Part shown: piece after piece, positions 23,212-35,267 of the stretch
Position numbering within the stretch: the first letter of the stretch is position 1
How the letters are laid out: each line of letters starts with the position of its first letter
DNA from: Catajapyx aquilonaris
Taxonomy: Eukaryota
DNA: 55,501 nt
Direction of reading: 5' to 3'
Assembly: GCA_000934665.2 (NCBI GenBank)
Contig: JYFJ02002517.1
Location: 1-55,501, forward strand
Position numbers and translations under genes: made by a program
Notes under the pieces: generated by a model
Database searches by the model: none
What the model saw: the letters and a program-made list of their open reading frames with translations, nothing else
Told to the model about the DNA's origin: nothing

Positions 23212-26200
23212 TTACATGTATGCTGCCCACCCTATGTACATCTGGCTGAGGTTCTCGACAGAGGTGGCTTCCGTAATAAGCCAGTTAACCTGCCCTTCAA
23301 CTGAGAGAGGTGTCGACTCACTCTGGTACCTGTTCTTCATGAGTCCCAGCAATCTGCGCTCAATATTCTTAACGTGCTCTACCGCCTTCTCGTTGGAGAT
23401 CTCCCCACTGTCGTTCCTCCCTGTTTTGCCTTTCCACTCTACCAAAGGATCGTGGATGAATGGCCTCAGGAAGGACATCAGCGTGGGCGTGTGTGACCTC
23501 ATGACACGCATGGCTACTTCGCAGCATCTTCTGAATGTTCCTTCATACCCAGTTGCTCCCATGGCCTCAATCATGTTGTGCGTAAGCCTGAACGGGACCC
23601 GCTCTGGCCAGTCGAAAGTCTCTCCCTTGTTGAACAGGCAGTTAAAGTCAACGTGTACCGTGTCTCCACAGCTGGAGTCAAACAGGACGTTCTCGCCATG
23701 GCGGTCACCCAGCCCAAGGATATAGCCCACCATGGATATCACAGCAGTGGTCTGGGTGTACGCCAGGCGGGCCATGTACCACGACTGTGGGTCGGGGAAG
23801 GTCTCGTGAAACCACTCGCTGAACACGGCCGGATGCCGCACAAGGAGCCTTGTTGTGAACATCTGACGCTTCTTGTCTAGCGAGTCCTTTATACCTGCAC
23901 ATAGAGAAGGACGCTACTGTTACAACCATCATCATAAATATCATATACCTGTGAATAGTACCTTAAAAATACAGAGTGTCTCGCACATTCCGCCCATATT
24001 CAGTTTAATACACTTGCCAAAGATGGCGATAATTATTCACAAACATGTGATCGACCTTTTTTGTCGGAACATTTATCTACTGTTTCAAATGTCAATGTGT
24101 AGTCCACAGCGGTCTTTATTTGCGGGGGAATCTTCATGGGGCAACAACTATGCAGAATGTCCAAAAATAGCACCCGCAATGTGCTTTGCGGGTGAAATGG
24201 TAACTAGCTCCCCTTCAAATGGCACGGTACTTGTGTACTTAGTTTTACCAAGTTGCGTATTGTGGCCAACCTAAGCCGTAAAAATTGTTTTGTAAAGTCT
24301 AGCAGGTATCTGAGAATGTTCTTCAATTATTATGAACGCCCTGCAAAAGTGAACCACTATAAAATCTCCAGCTTAATGGGACCTGTGTACATGAAGTGAA
24401 ATAGCATATGAATAAACGATGCAGTTCAAACACGCAGGATGGTCAGGCAATTGAAGGGTACACATGAATAGATCAACAGGTGGACACAATGATTGAAGAG
24501 CAAACGGATGTTACGTCAACAACAAATATCAGCTGCATTGAAAGGCAAACTTAGTGCAACAATCCGCATCAATATGTATGAATCACACAGCTACTGAGTT
24601 TGGATAGAAACGATGCAAGACGCATTAAGCCGGTCGCATAATTAGTTTCGCTTCATACCCAAGTGTGTGAAAGTTGGACAATCATACGCATTGTTTACTA
24701 GTTGAAAAATCTAACCGTGAACCAACCAGTTGAATTTACTGTCAGAGTGATACCAGCCTGTATTGATTGGAATATTTGCCCCACCCAGAAATAAATTGCC
24801 CTCAGGGAGCCAATAAGCAAAGTGCACCTGGCCGTAACCTGAAGGAGGAATCGAAGACCTAATAAACCTCGTAGTAACATTGCACAGTGAACAATAATTA
24901 TCAAAAACTTCAATGTAACGACCCAAAAAACTCACCGCACATCATCTCCTTAAGCTCTTTCGGGCCAACATACATTCCTTTCTCTTTGTATGTCTTGAAG
25001 AGGATTTGTCTGAGGCCAGTGAGGTTGTTGACCCACTCGATGAGTCCACATTCCTCGTTTAGTGGCACCACCGAATAGGTCCGAATGTGGAGAGACCTCC
25101 TGCGGCTCTCGGCATCTTTGAGAAGATATCGGTTGATGACATCGTTGAATTCCATTAGCCTGCAGTCTTTTCTAAGGTCGTCCTTGGGCTTGCACAAGTA
25201 GGAGTATTTGCGTCCGTCCGACCCCGTGAAAGTCACTTTCTTGGGCTTCTGGAGCGATGGCATCACCTCCACTGTTGGCGACACACCTTCCGCGTATATT
25301 GCAGGGTGCGGGAACGGATTGTGGGAACTGGAAGTCGCAGGGTTGCTTACAGGAGGAAGGGTGACGGTCAGGAGGGAATGACAAGGCAGCAGGATCTTAC
25401 TGAAATTCGGGTTGTCCAATAGGCGAGGGAAGTTGCGGTCTAGTTGGATCAAAGCGACAGTGGGTCGACCTGCCTCGACCTTCCGATTGCACAGGTCCAG
25501 CAAGTGCTTGGCCAAGGTGGTGGCGTCAGTTATGTACTTCCCCAGCTCGCCACTCTGCCGTGCTTCTGCAAACATATCCATGCAGCGGTTCTGGCGCATA
25601 GCATAAGACGACTGTAAAGAGTTAAATTCCATACAAATTAAATGGAAAATGCTGTTATTGAACTTACAGTTTAAAACATGGCCATAATTTTCTTCGCATT
25701 TCCATTGACATACCTTGGAGACTCCCATCATCATCCAGAGTGACTGCTGTGGATATGTTACCAATATCTTGACAATGATCGCTTTGAGCTGTGCGTACAC
25801 TTCCGGACATGAATGGCAAATCCTGGATATGAGCTGAGGGAAGGCCGTCATGAACTTGTAGGGTGACAATATATCAGCCAAATGAGCCACCTGCTGGGTC
25901 ATCTTGGCCACCTTCGACTTCAACTCAGATTTGTCACCAAGCTTGCTGTTGCTCACTTTGTCAATTTGGCTCCCAGTGTCAAGCCATATACTGAGCAAGC
26001 GAGGCATGGACTGGTATATAAAGTTGCAGCCGTACTGCAACGACTTCCCGTAGTACTTCACCACATGGACCTGGATCTCCGAACGGTTGGCCTCGTCTTC
26101 TGTTGAGGTGGAGATGCGGTCGTAGTAGTGGGCCAAGTGGAACAGCCCATCCTCCCATTCTCGGCAAGTCTCCGCTGCGCTCCTGTTTAACAAAGCAACA

Positions 26201-29200
26201 TAATAGAACAATCCGCGTGCCCAATGGTAAGTGTTTCTCCTCACGTGTAGTTTTTCACGTTGGTGTCCACATCTACGCTCGAGGTCTCGTCGCTGTACTT
26301 CGCCAGGAGCAACCTGGCTTTGGCACATTCCAGTGCCTGCTCTGAATAACTTCCAAGCCGTCCTTTACTCGTGCTGCCGGTCAAGTCTTTGAATCTGGTG
26401 CCAATGCCTCTCTTCAAGGTGGTGATTGCCTGGTCTTGCTCCCCTTTGCACCACTGCCACTTGGCCAACTCCAGAAATCCGGCGGAGAGGTCGTACGGAC
26501 CAGCATCCAGGAGCATACTGTGAGCACGCTGCAGGTGATTTGCTCTAAGTTAAAAAAGGAAACAAATCATTTCATCGCATCGGCAAGACTGCCAACAAAT
26601 ACGTGATTTTTGTAGTAAGCTAGTTTCCACTACATAAGTTGTGCAAAATAATTGTCGGGAAATCAACTCACTTGCGAGCAACTTGAGCACTATGCAGCCA
26701 GGACTTCCCAATCTCCCGTCTGATTTTTTCCACAGCGTCTGGTTGGATTCCCCTCACATTGTTGATTAGAAACTGAAGCATTACTCGCTGCAGTGACAAC
26801 AAGGGTTCAAATGTGCGCAGGGAGCACTGTGAAAACTGAAGCCTCCGTTGCCAAGAGGTCAGAAGAGACTGGAAGTTGGCCCCTGAGGCGTCCATACCGT
26901 CGCAGCATAAGCAAAGGGCTTGCTCTAGTTCTGCCAGCATGTGCAGCCTCAAGATGTACTGGTAAGCCCTACGGTACGATCCTTGCTCCATGCTAGCCGC
27001 TGACAAAGGAGCAATCTGCTGTCGCCTCAACGACTGCAGAACCTGCTCAACTTGGTCTTTCTGACCTTTCCGAGCTGCAAGCATGGCTTGTCCTACCCCA
27101 ACTCCCCATGCACCGGAGCGGCTTGGGGTGTCCACCAGAGACTCCAACTCTTCCCATTGCGCCAGCTGCCAGCAGGCCTCCACACGATACTCATTCACAT
27201 CATCCTTCCACTCTGGACTGAAATGTTAAGTCAAAATAGTCAGACCATTTAAGGGTTTCTACAACCCCCATATGACTCACCGCTGAGCCATGAGACCATT
27301 AGCCAGAGCCAGCGCACTATGCGGCTGATCCAACGCAAGGTAACACCTAAGCATTCCTTGGAAGTAAATCTGTGGACAGCCCTTCCCTCGAGTGATCCGT
27401 TCGTAACAAGCCATGGCATCCTGTAGCCTCCCCGTGGCCTCATACGTCACGATCTGCTCCTCCAGTGTTGCCTCTTTCTCTCTCAGAGCCATTATTCCAG
27501 ACACTGCGTCTGGGTCGTCCAATGCCACATACACTCTTTGTAAGAAGTCGAGCTGCCCCTGAAGCTGAGATGGGTCTCCCTTGATGTAGCTTTCGCAATG
27601 CATCAGTGCACGACTAAATGCATTGCACTGGAAAGATGCCTGTGCCAGCAAATCTTGTGGGATGCTGCGGAGAAAGTCAGACACCCGTCTATAAGGTGCT
27701 TCAGCTATGGTCGCACTCTTCAGAGCCATCCGCTTCTGAGCGTAATGCTTGCGCTTCCACTTCCCCAGGTGGTCCATAATAGAGAAAACTGTCTGGCAGC
27801 TCATGTGCTGCAGTTCCAACTGATCTTGCTCAGGTGAGTCCAACTGTGTCGCACCACCTTTGAGGACCGCCATGATCTCCTCCAGTACTTGCCCTTTATT
27901 TGATTCATCCCTATCTGTAAGGATACTCACTGGGAAAGGCAAAGTTGGTTTAGGCTCGAGTTTTACAACAAACAAACACCGGAAAACTCACCGACAATAT
28001 AAGGCAACAGGTAAAGAACAATGCGAATGTCCCTCTTCATTGTTGGTGAGCACACCTTGAAGACCTGATGTGCAACCTTTGTCTGGACTTTATCTGACAA
28101 TATTCCTGCCCACTCTGTAGCCCACTGGTTGAAAGACGCTCCCAATTTAGACCTGAAATAGAAGTTCATCCGTGAAACACAGCAAAAATTTGTGCAAGTA
28201 TCAGCTCTTGGTATCAGTATTGTAAAACTCCCCACCTGTATATAGGAGAGATCAACTTCTTCGATCGAGATTGATTCACCAGCTTATAACGAGATGTCAA
28301 AAGTGGATGCAGGATCTCCTGAACATAATCCGGGAAGCGATTCCACAGTTCCACTTTTGAAGGGGGTCCAGAAGGACCTTGAATCTCATAAATCTTCAAT
28401 ATATCCTGCATGTATACAATAATAAAGTTGATAAGTTAGCAGCAAGGAAATTCAGCCGCACTTTTTAAAACATCACCTGAAGTGTTAGAGAGCAGCAGTC
28501 AAAGTCCTGAGTGTTTCCAGCGGCCAGAAAGGAGCGAGCCAGCTCTAAAATCAGGTCAAATGCGAAGTCATTTGTTTCGACAGACGTGTGCACCTTTGCC
28601 AATTCCACTGCAAATAAACGCAACATATCTCGTCGCTTAACAGAACTGGTATTGAAACAAGAACATTCGGCGATTTGTTACTCCAACATAGGTGGCATAT
28701 TGGGTTCTCCCTACCAGTGAAGTCGTTCACAATTCCCAATCTTCCTGGATCAATGGCTCCAATTTCTCCCAGACATTCTCCACAGAGAAGACGCACACTC
28801 TCATCATTATCTCGGCATCCTGACATCAATTCATCCACAAGCTAAAAAAAGACACAAATGTGTAAACAGACAATCTTACTGAAAGAAAATGCATTTTTTT
28901 TTTCTTTTCATATTTCAATAATCACACTCATGATGGCATATCTGTTTTAAAAAGCTTCGTATGTGTATAGCATTACTCCTGCGCACTTTTTTCTTACTTT
29001 GGTCACTATTGGATCCATGCTCTCGCTTCCCAGAATCAGGTTGTGGAGGCCATCGCTACTGCTCTGCAGAAGTGCTTTCAGCTTGTTCAGAGCATGTTGT
29101 CTCACTTCCACATTCTCATGAGATATGCACTTAATCGCATGGTTCAGCACAGTCTTCAGGTCCGACTGGCTGGAAAAATTTGTTGCAAATTTTAGGTCGC

Positions 29201-32200
29201 AAATCTCCTCAGTTTATATAACAAATTATTTTTGAAAATCTTGCACATTTCAGAACTTTCAATTGGTCCCAGTTACCTTGAAACTTCAGAGTGAGACTTC
29301 AATAGCATGTTGATGTCCTGAAGCTCCGGAACCTCCGGCATGTAGTGAATTTCAGAGAAGTATTGGGCCATTGCGTGCTTGTTGTCAATAATTAAATGGT
29401 GCAGGATCTCCCAAGCTTGGGCCGGCCTTTGATTCAAAAGTGGCAGCAGAGTCACCACAATCTGGTTCAACAGTGGGCCCAAGGATTGGATGTGAACGCT
29501 AAAGGAAAAAAAAATAATCGCAATTACAGGTTGGCCACACAACAGGATAGATCAGCCGGCAATAAAAACTAGTAGCAATTTATTTTAAAAAAATTTAAAA
29601 ACTCTCTCTCCATACTTCTTAACGAATGCCTCCCAGGCTTCACAGCTATCTTTCATGAGACCTTCATGCTTGAGGCTGAGAGCAGTTTTTAGGGTTGTAA
29701 ACACCTTGAGCCGAACCCTAGTAAGGTACTTAGAACCCATCAGCTTCATCACCTCTTTGAGTGACCTCAATACGAGCTGTTTGGACTCAACTTTAACTGC
29801 CATTGCAAGCAGCTTGTTGTCTAAGTAAACCAGGACTCCTAAGAACCGATGGTTAATATACGCAGCCTGTAGGAAATGGAAATAATTTTTTTAGATATAT
29901 GTACAGCTCTCAGTAATATTAACTTCAAGATGCTGAGCATATGTACTTACTATGTCCTCCAATTTCATGTCGTGCTTCTTCCCTGAGTAGTCATCATCTT
30001 CTCCGGCCAAGTCCCCAACAGCCCTAAGCACCTTTGAGCTGTTCTCAGCATAGTGTAACAACAACTGATTGCAAATCATTTGCAGCGAGGACCTCCTCAG
30101 GTTTCTTGCGTTAATCTCAGTCACCTTCTCCACATATTCCAGACACTTTCTAACAGTAGACTTGTTCCTGTTTAGAAGCAGGTGAGGGTACAGGTACTGG
30201 AACTGGTCCGTTAGAATGTTCCGAATTGACACGTTCAGCAGATCGGATAGAAGGTCCATCATGGGAGCCACCTCGGATTGGGTGGCCACCAGAGGAACCA
30301 GATGTGGCAGAATATGATGGATGTGGTGCGATAAAAATGTATGAACACCTCTGACTCCTAGCACACTGCTGGAGGCGCAGAGGTAGTTAGTCACTGCATC
30401 TTTACCCTTAGGGAGCAGCTTAACCATAGTCTCCACTATGAAGCAACACACTTGCGGCTTATATTGCGCAAGCAATTCAGGAGGGGTAATCTTGTGTGAC
30501 TTGGAGATTTCTCTGGCGTGATCCATTGCAGTTGACTGGATAATTGGTGATGGTAGCGTTAGGACAGTAAGGAGAAGATACAACACTGGCAACTGTACGC
30601 CTTCCACAGGAATCCTGAAAAGACACAGGCGGACGAGTCAGAACACCTGTATTTGAATAGTGCAGGAAATAAAACTGTAACTCACTGTCCGATATCCTTA
30701 ATGGCTGCCATAAATTCCAAAACAAGCATCACATCTTGCTTTTTCATGGCCGACTTCATCTCCTTTCCGAGACTCTGAATCACCACTGATTTTTCACCAT
30801 CCAGCTTCCCTGCTTTGATCTCGTGGATAATCAGCATTCTGATTTTCCCTAAGACTTTCTGCCTAAGTTCTTCTGGGCTTTTCGTCAAATCCTGAAGGAT
30901 CGCTTCCAGTGAGCTGCCAGGAAGGGCAAGCCCATGTGCAGCTATGGGGACTAAGCAATCAGTCACCTTTGATCTGACATCAGGTTCAGGTCGGGACAAT
31001 AGCTTCATAATGATCGGTACCAAAGCGGCAAAGTCATGCTGAGAAGTAGCAAACGTCACCATTGCGGAAGCTGTTTTGCACTCGTCACAGGTCAAAAATG
31101 TTGACACTTCGCCACTCTGAAATGTTCTATACAAATGGACCAAGTCAGGCATAAGTCTAACATTCTTACGCTTTACTTCTCATAGCGTACCTGGTGACAC
31201 GTGTGGTCTTGCTAATGATGCAAATCAAGTTTGGTAGGATTCCAGCAATGTTCATCAAAAACTTCCCTTCTTCTATTGCTGGATGTAAAACATCGCCGAT
31301 GAGGTGAGCAGATGAGGATCCACCAAAATGCAAGGCAAAAGGAATGCACTGGATAATTTGGGCAATGACCATCGGATCTGCCTCTGATGCTGCGGCTTTC
31401 AGGACTCTCATCCGCCATCCATGTGCCACTTCCTTCGGAAATAAGCACATCAAATCCAAGCCCTCCACCTTTAGAGCCACATCAATCTCGAGATAACATG
31501 CGGCACTAATCTTGGCAAAGTCAGCCTGATTGTCACCCAACTTCAGGTCCAGCCATTTCATTTCTACTGCCATCCACGGGAGGGTTAGAAATGCAACACA
31601 TATGTTTTGCGATAAGTCCTCCTGCAATGCACTGGCTTGAATCAGATGGCAGCAGCCTTGCAGGACGTGGTTCAATATCTTCTTTGCTATGTGTAGGTCA
31701 GGAAGTGCCGCTATAATGGTTTTAATGCAGGATTGAAGCCAGTGATGGATATGCTCCGGGGTGAAAAAGTTAACTATCTCGTCTCCCACGCGGCCATGTG
31801 AAGTTGCAGCACATCTGAGAAGTATTTTTTAATGAATAGAAAATTACACTTTCAACGCCTTGTTCCCAGTACTTTACAATACCATACCTGAGTACAGCTT
31901 GAATATGGTCGAGTTTGTCCATCAAATTGTCAGAGGTTGACTTCTCAAGGTCTTGAAATATGACAACAACTAGTTTCCAGATTGGGCTGACTTCCGATAC
32001 AAACACCGTCATATCCACATGCTTCTTATCCGCAAGTTCGTTTGCGATTTCCTTCGCTACAATTTCGCTCAGAAGATCACCATACGCCTGGATAGACAAG
32101 TTGATTCGTTCAGATACTCTTTTGACCAGTACGTCAACAAGACTCACCTCCAACTTGCCCATATTACTCATAAGAATGGGACCAACATTGCTCGCCAGCT

Positions 32201-34024
32201 CAGTGACACAGCTTGGAAATGAACTCCTCTGCACCAGCTCACTAATTGCAACACAGACGGCCACCTGCAGCTCATCTGATCTCTCGGGAAGTCTGCTGAC
32301 ATATTTTGACGCAACCTTCAGGAAGTAGTCCTGGCACAGAGGATCAAACGTGTCCACGCAAAGAGCCAGCTGATAAAAATGTCAAATTGCAATTATCGAA
32401 TCATGGTCCACCCCAAACACATGCCATACTTCTCTCAGAAATCCGCAGAATATCTTCTCAAACAATTTTAGGTCCTCTTGCAGAACTGTTGGTGACGTCA
32501 GGTCACGACTGGTCACAAAATCTAACAACGTCTCCAAGCATTCAATGAAGTGGGTCTGGGTTTTAATATGTCTCGAAGGACCAACGGACTTCAGAAAACA
32601 TGCCATGCATCTCAGTGCTTCTCCTTTCACTCCGAAACTTCCCTCCAGCAGCAAGTTGCACAAGGTGTCCCAAATATTATGCAAGGTGAGGTCACAGTAA
32701 CCCTTTGACCCCTCTACGCCTTCAGCCAAAACCTGCAGCATGGCCTCCTGGGTCTTGATGCAGGAAGATATCCGGGTGAATTTTATCGGCTGAGCTTCAA
32801 GCTTCAGGTCTTTTAAATCATCCGGTTGCACTTGGAACTGGGTCAGCGTGAAGTTGGTCTCGGTTTCAGAGGCGAGAGCATCTGCCATAGACTGAAGTTC
32901 TGCAACCACAAAATTAAAATCTATTAATAATAAAGTAAGAGGAGCATTGCATGTCCTTTATGAAAACATTACATAACACTGGATGGTGTTATGCAATAAT
33001 GGGTCAACCCGCAAAAATGTCAAAATTGAGTTAAGCCTAGGAACATACACCCAAAAGGTAGTACTTCATTCAGTTAAAATCAAGCTGGCGATATCTGCAT
33101 AAATGACCGAAAAGAACACGGAATTAATTTCACAGGTATGACCTTCAAAGCCCTTTTTCTCAAAACTGTTCTCATGTGGGTTGACTCATTATTGCATACC
33201 ACCGTCCAACTAGAGCAGTGGTTTCCAACCTGGGGGTCGCGGGCAGGGTCGCGGGGAGTCGCGAGCCTTTGTTCAACTTTTTTTTTTGCAATGTCTGTGT
33301 AAATTGAACCATTTTTGCAGCCGTACAGAGGGTATGTTTTCTGGAAATGGGTCAGTTGTGGAAGGGGCCGGGAGGGGGGGGGGGGTCGCACATTTATGAA
33401 AACATGTTTAGGGAGTCGCAGTTGATAAAAGGTTGGAAACCACTGAACTAGGGTGTTTCTTAACAGGCACACTGAATTTTATGAATTGAAGCCAAAATGT
33501 GGTATTTAAAAAAACCCATGCTTCGACAGGATTTACTTGTAATACTTACCATTTAAGGCACGGACGTAGAGCATGACCAATTCAGAGTACCAAGATGGGT
33601 CGTAAGTTAGAATCAACCGTAGAATCTTCCCTTGGAGCCGTACGCTATCATCGTAGGCCAGACGAGACTGCGTGTAGCCAAGGAGGCTCAACATGCAGCC
33701 CAAAATCCATCTAGTGAACGCTGCAAAAAAAAAGAGGTACACATCAGCACACAAAATCCAACAACTTTGCATTTGAATGTTGATACCTCGACACAGTTTT
33801 TGCTTGGACTCCAGTTGTTCCGGAGACAGTCCAGCGTGGGGCAGCTGGACAAAAACTTCAGGATACTCGCTGCAACCGCTTGAGAGACACTCCAGCAGCA
33901 CCTTCAGGTGCGACCTGTCCTTCGAGTCCATGACGGTGGTCACTGACTGTGCGAACATCTGTCGGAGGTTGTCCACCGACTTGCCCACATCCGACTCCGG
34001 AAGGGCTTCTTCTTCAACTTCCAT
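23212..34024 (-). CDS. ATR: Serine/threonine kinase ATR; 20 exons: 34024-33787, 33720-33550, 32920-32430, 32369-31888, 31814-31191, 31126-30686, 30614-29951, 29866-29616, 29498-29277, 29169-28998, 28841-28715, 28607-28477, 28405-28236, 28152-27992, 27929-27281, 27217-26672, 26544-26245, 26182-25714, 25611-24936, 23894-23212
   Basis: CGECLGEIGAIDPGRL, FAT domain (YQSMPRLLSIWLD, TAFPQLISRICH), PIKK kinase SLQKPKK...CKPKDDLRKDCRLMEFN, GLGDRHGENVLFD, HVDFNCLFNKG, FATC NLSQMYIGWAAYM. Junction phases checked by hand; N-terminal HEAT exons are less certain. Confidence 0.95.
33216..33445. mobile_element. hAT (Charlie-like) MITE in ATR intron 2
   Basis: 15-bp TIR CAGTGGTTTCCAACC / GGTTGGAAACCACTG, 8-bp TSD AACTAGAG / AACTAGGG, and subterminal GGGTCGC repeats. 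Confidence 0.9.
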
Positions 34025-34092
34025 AATATTATCCTTTTCTTGACTGCAATAATTGAATACATTTTATTTTATTTTTTTGTATTATACTATAG

Positions 34093-34568
34093 TAGGGACA
34101 AGCTAACTTATGGGTTTTGGGAGGTGGCTTGTGACCTTTGCAACCACAATTAGCCCCGCCCCCTGCTGAGTTACCAATTGCGTTAGTGTAAACAAACTCA
34201 TCTCATTCTTGAGGTTTTAGAACATAACGGCCCATCTCCTTTGAAATCGAATCCTGATAGGTCGACCAGTAGGGGGCGTGGCTTGGTTGCCTAGGACACT
34301 AGCCACCTCCCAAAACCCTAGAGGCAAGCTAACTTATGGGTTTTGGGAGGTGGCTTGTGTCCTTGGTAACCATAATGAGCCCCGCCCCCTATTGGTAGAC
34401 CAATCAGCATTCGATTTCAAAGGAGATGGGCCGTTATGTTCTAAAACCTCAAGAATGAGATGAGTTTGTTTACACTAACGCAATTGGTAACGCAGCTGGG
34501 GGCGTGGCTAATTATCGTTGCCAAGGTCACAAGCCACCTCCCAAAACCCATAAGTTAGCTTGTCCCTA
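34093..34568. mobile_element. Inverted dimer of a ~250-bp MITE forming a 476-bp quasi-palindrome just upstream of the ATR ATG
   Basis: TIR TAGGGACAAGCTAACTTATGGGTTTTGGGAGGTGGCT at both outer ends. Copy A is 34093-34318 (inner end clipped) and copy B is 34319-34568. Internal sequences are near reverse complements. Confidence 0.88.
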
Positions 34569-35267
34569 ACTGTAGTCAAGACAGGTCAAGACATGCTTTG
34601 CACTGTTGGCAACCCGATTGGCACTGAGCACACTGCTGCCAACCGATTTCGCAAATTGTGCCTATTCAATACTTCGTTAGTGTGAACCTGCGGTTGGCAA
34701 TGCCGTTCCAGATGTGGACCGGGTCTAGCACCGGCCCAGTTCCATCGTGGCCGTGTGAACGGACCTCATCTTACATTTTCCCCCACCAAATTACCACTCC
34801 TTTTTTTTTCTCAGATGCCGTGATTGAACGGGCCATACCTGGCTGGCATCCCGCAGTCGTCACCGGTCGTTCTGATGAGACACCAGGCCGTCAACCACAC
34901 AAAGAGAATCGCTCCGGTGCCGAACAATCCCCGCCATCTTTTCGATCAAAAAATCCAGGTGGCAGCACTGTCGATAGAACGTTACGCATCTGGCACCCCC
35001 CATCTTTACATTTAAACTGTTTTTAAATATAGGAAATTAACAGCCAGTTAGTGTTAATTATCTGTTGTCGTGATTTAATAGGCAGCTGATTGTTTAATTG
35101 GTTTGTAGTAATGAACCGGTTTCCGGATTGATCTGGCAACTTGTGGTCCACGGAGGTCGAGTTGGCCACTTTTTCAGTGTTCCTCGTGGACGCCTGGACG
35201 GTTGTGGTCACCTCTTCTTCTTTTCCTGTAGACCTTTTCTCACTGCCAGGCAACACACACAGGAAGG

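Noticed and set aside
23960..24900. Possible transposon relics in the last ATR intron (TACAGAGTGT start)
   Set aside because: No matching second TIR or coding remnant could be identified by eye.
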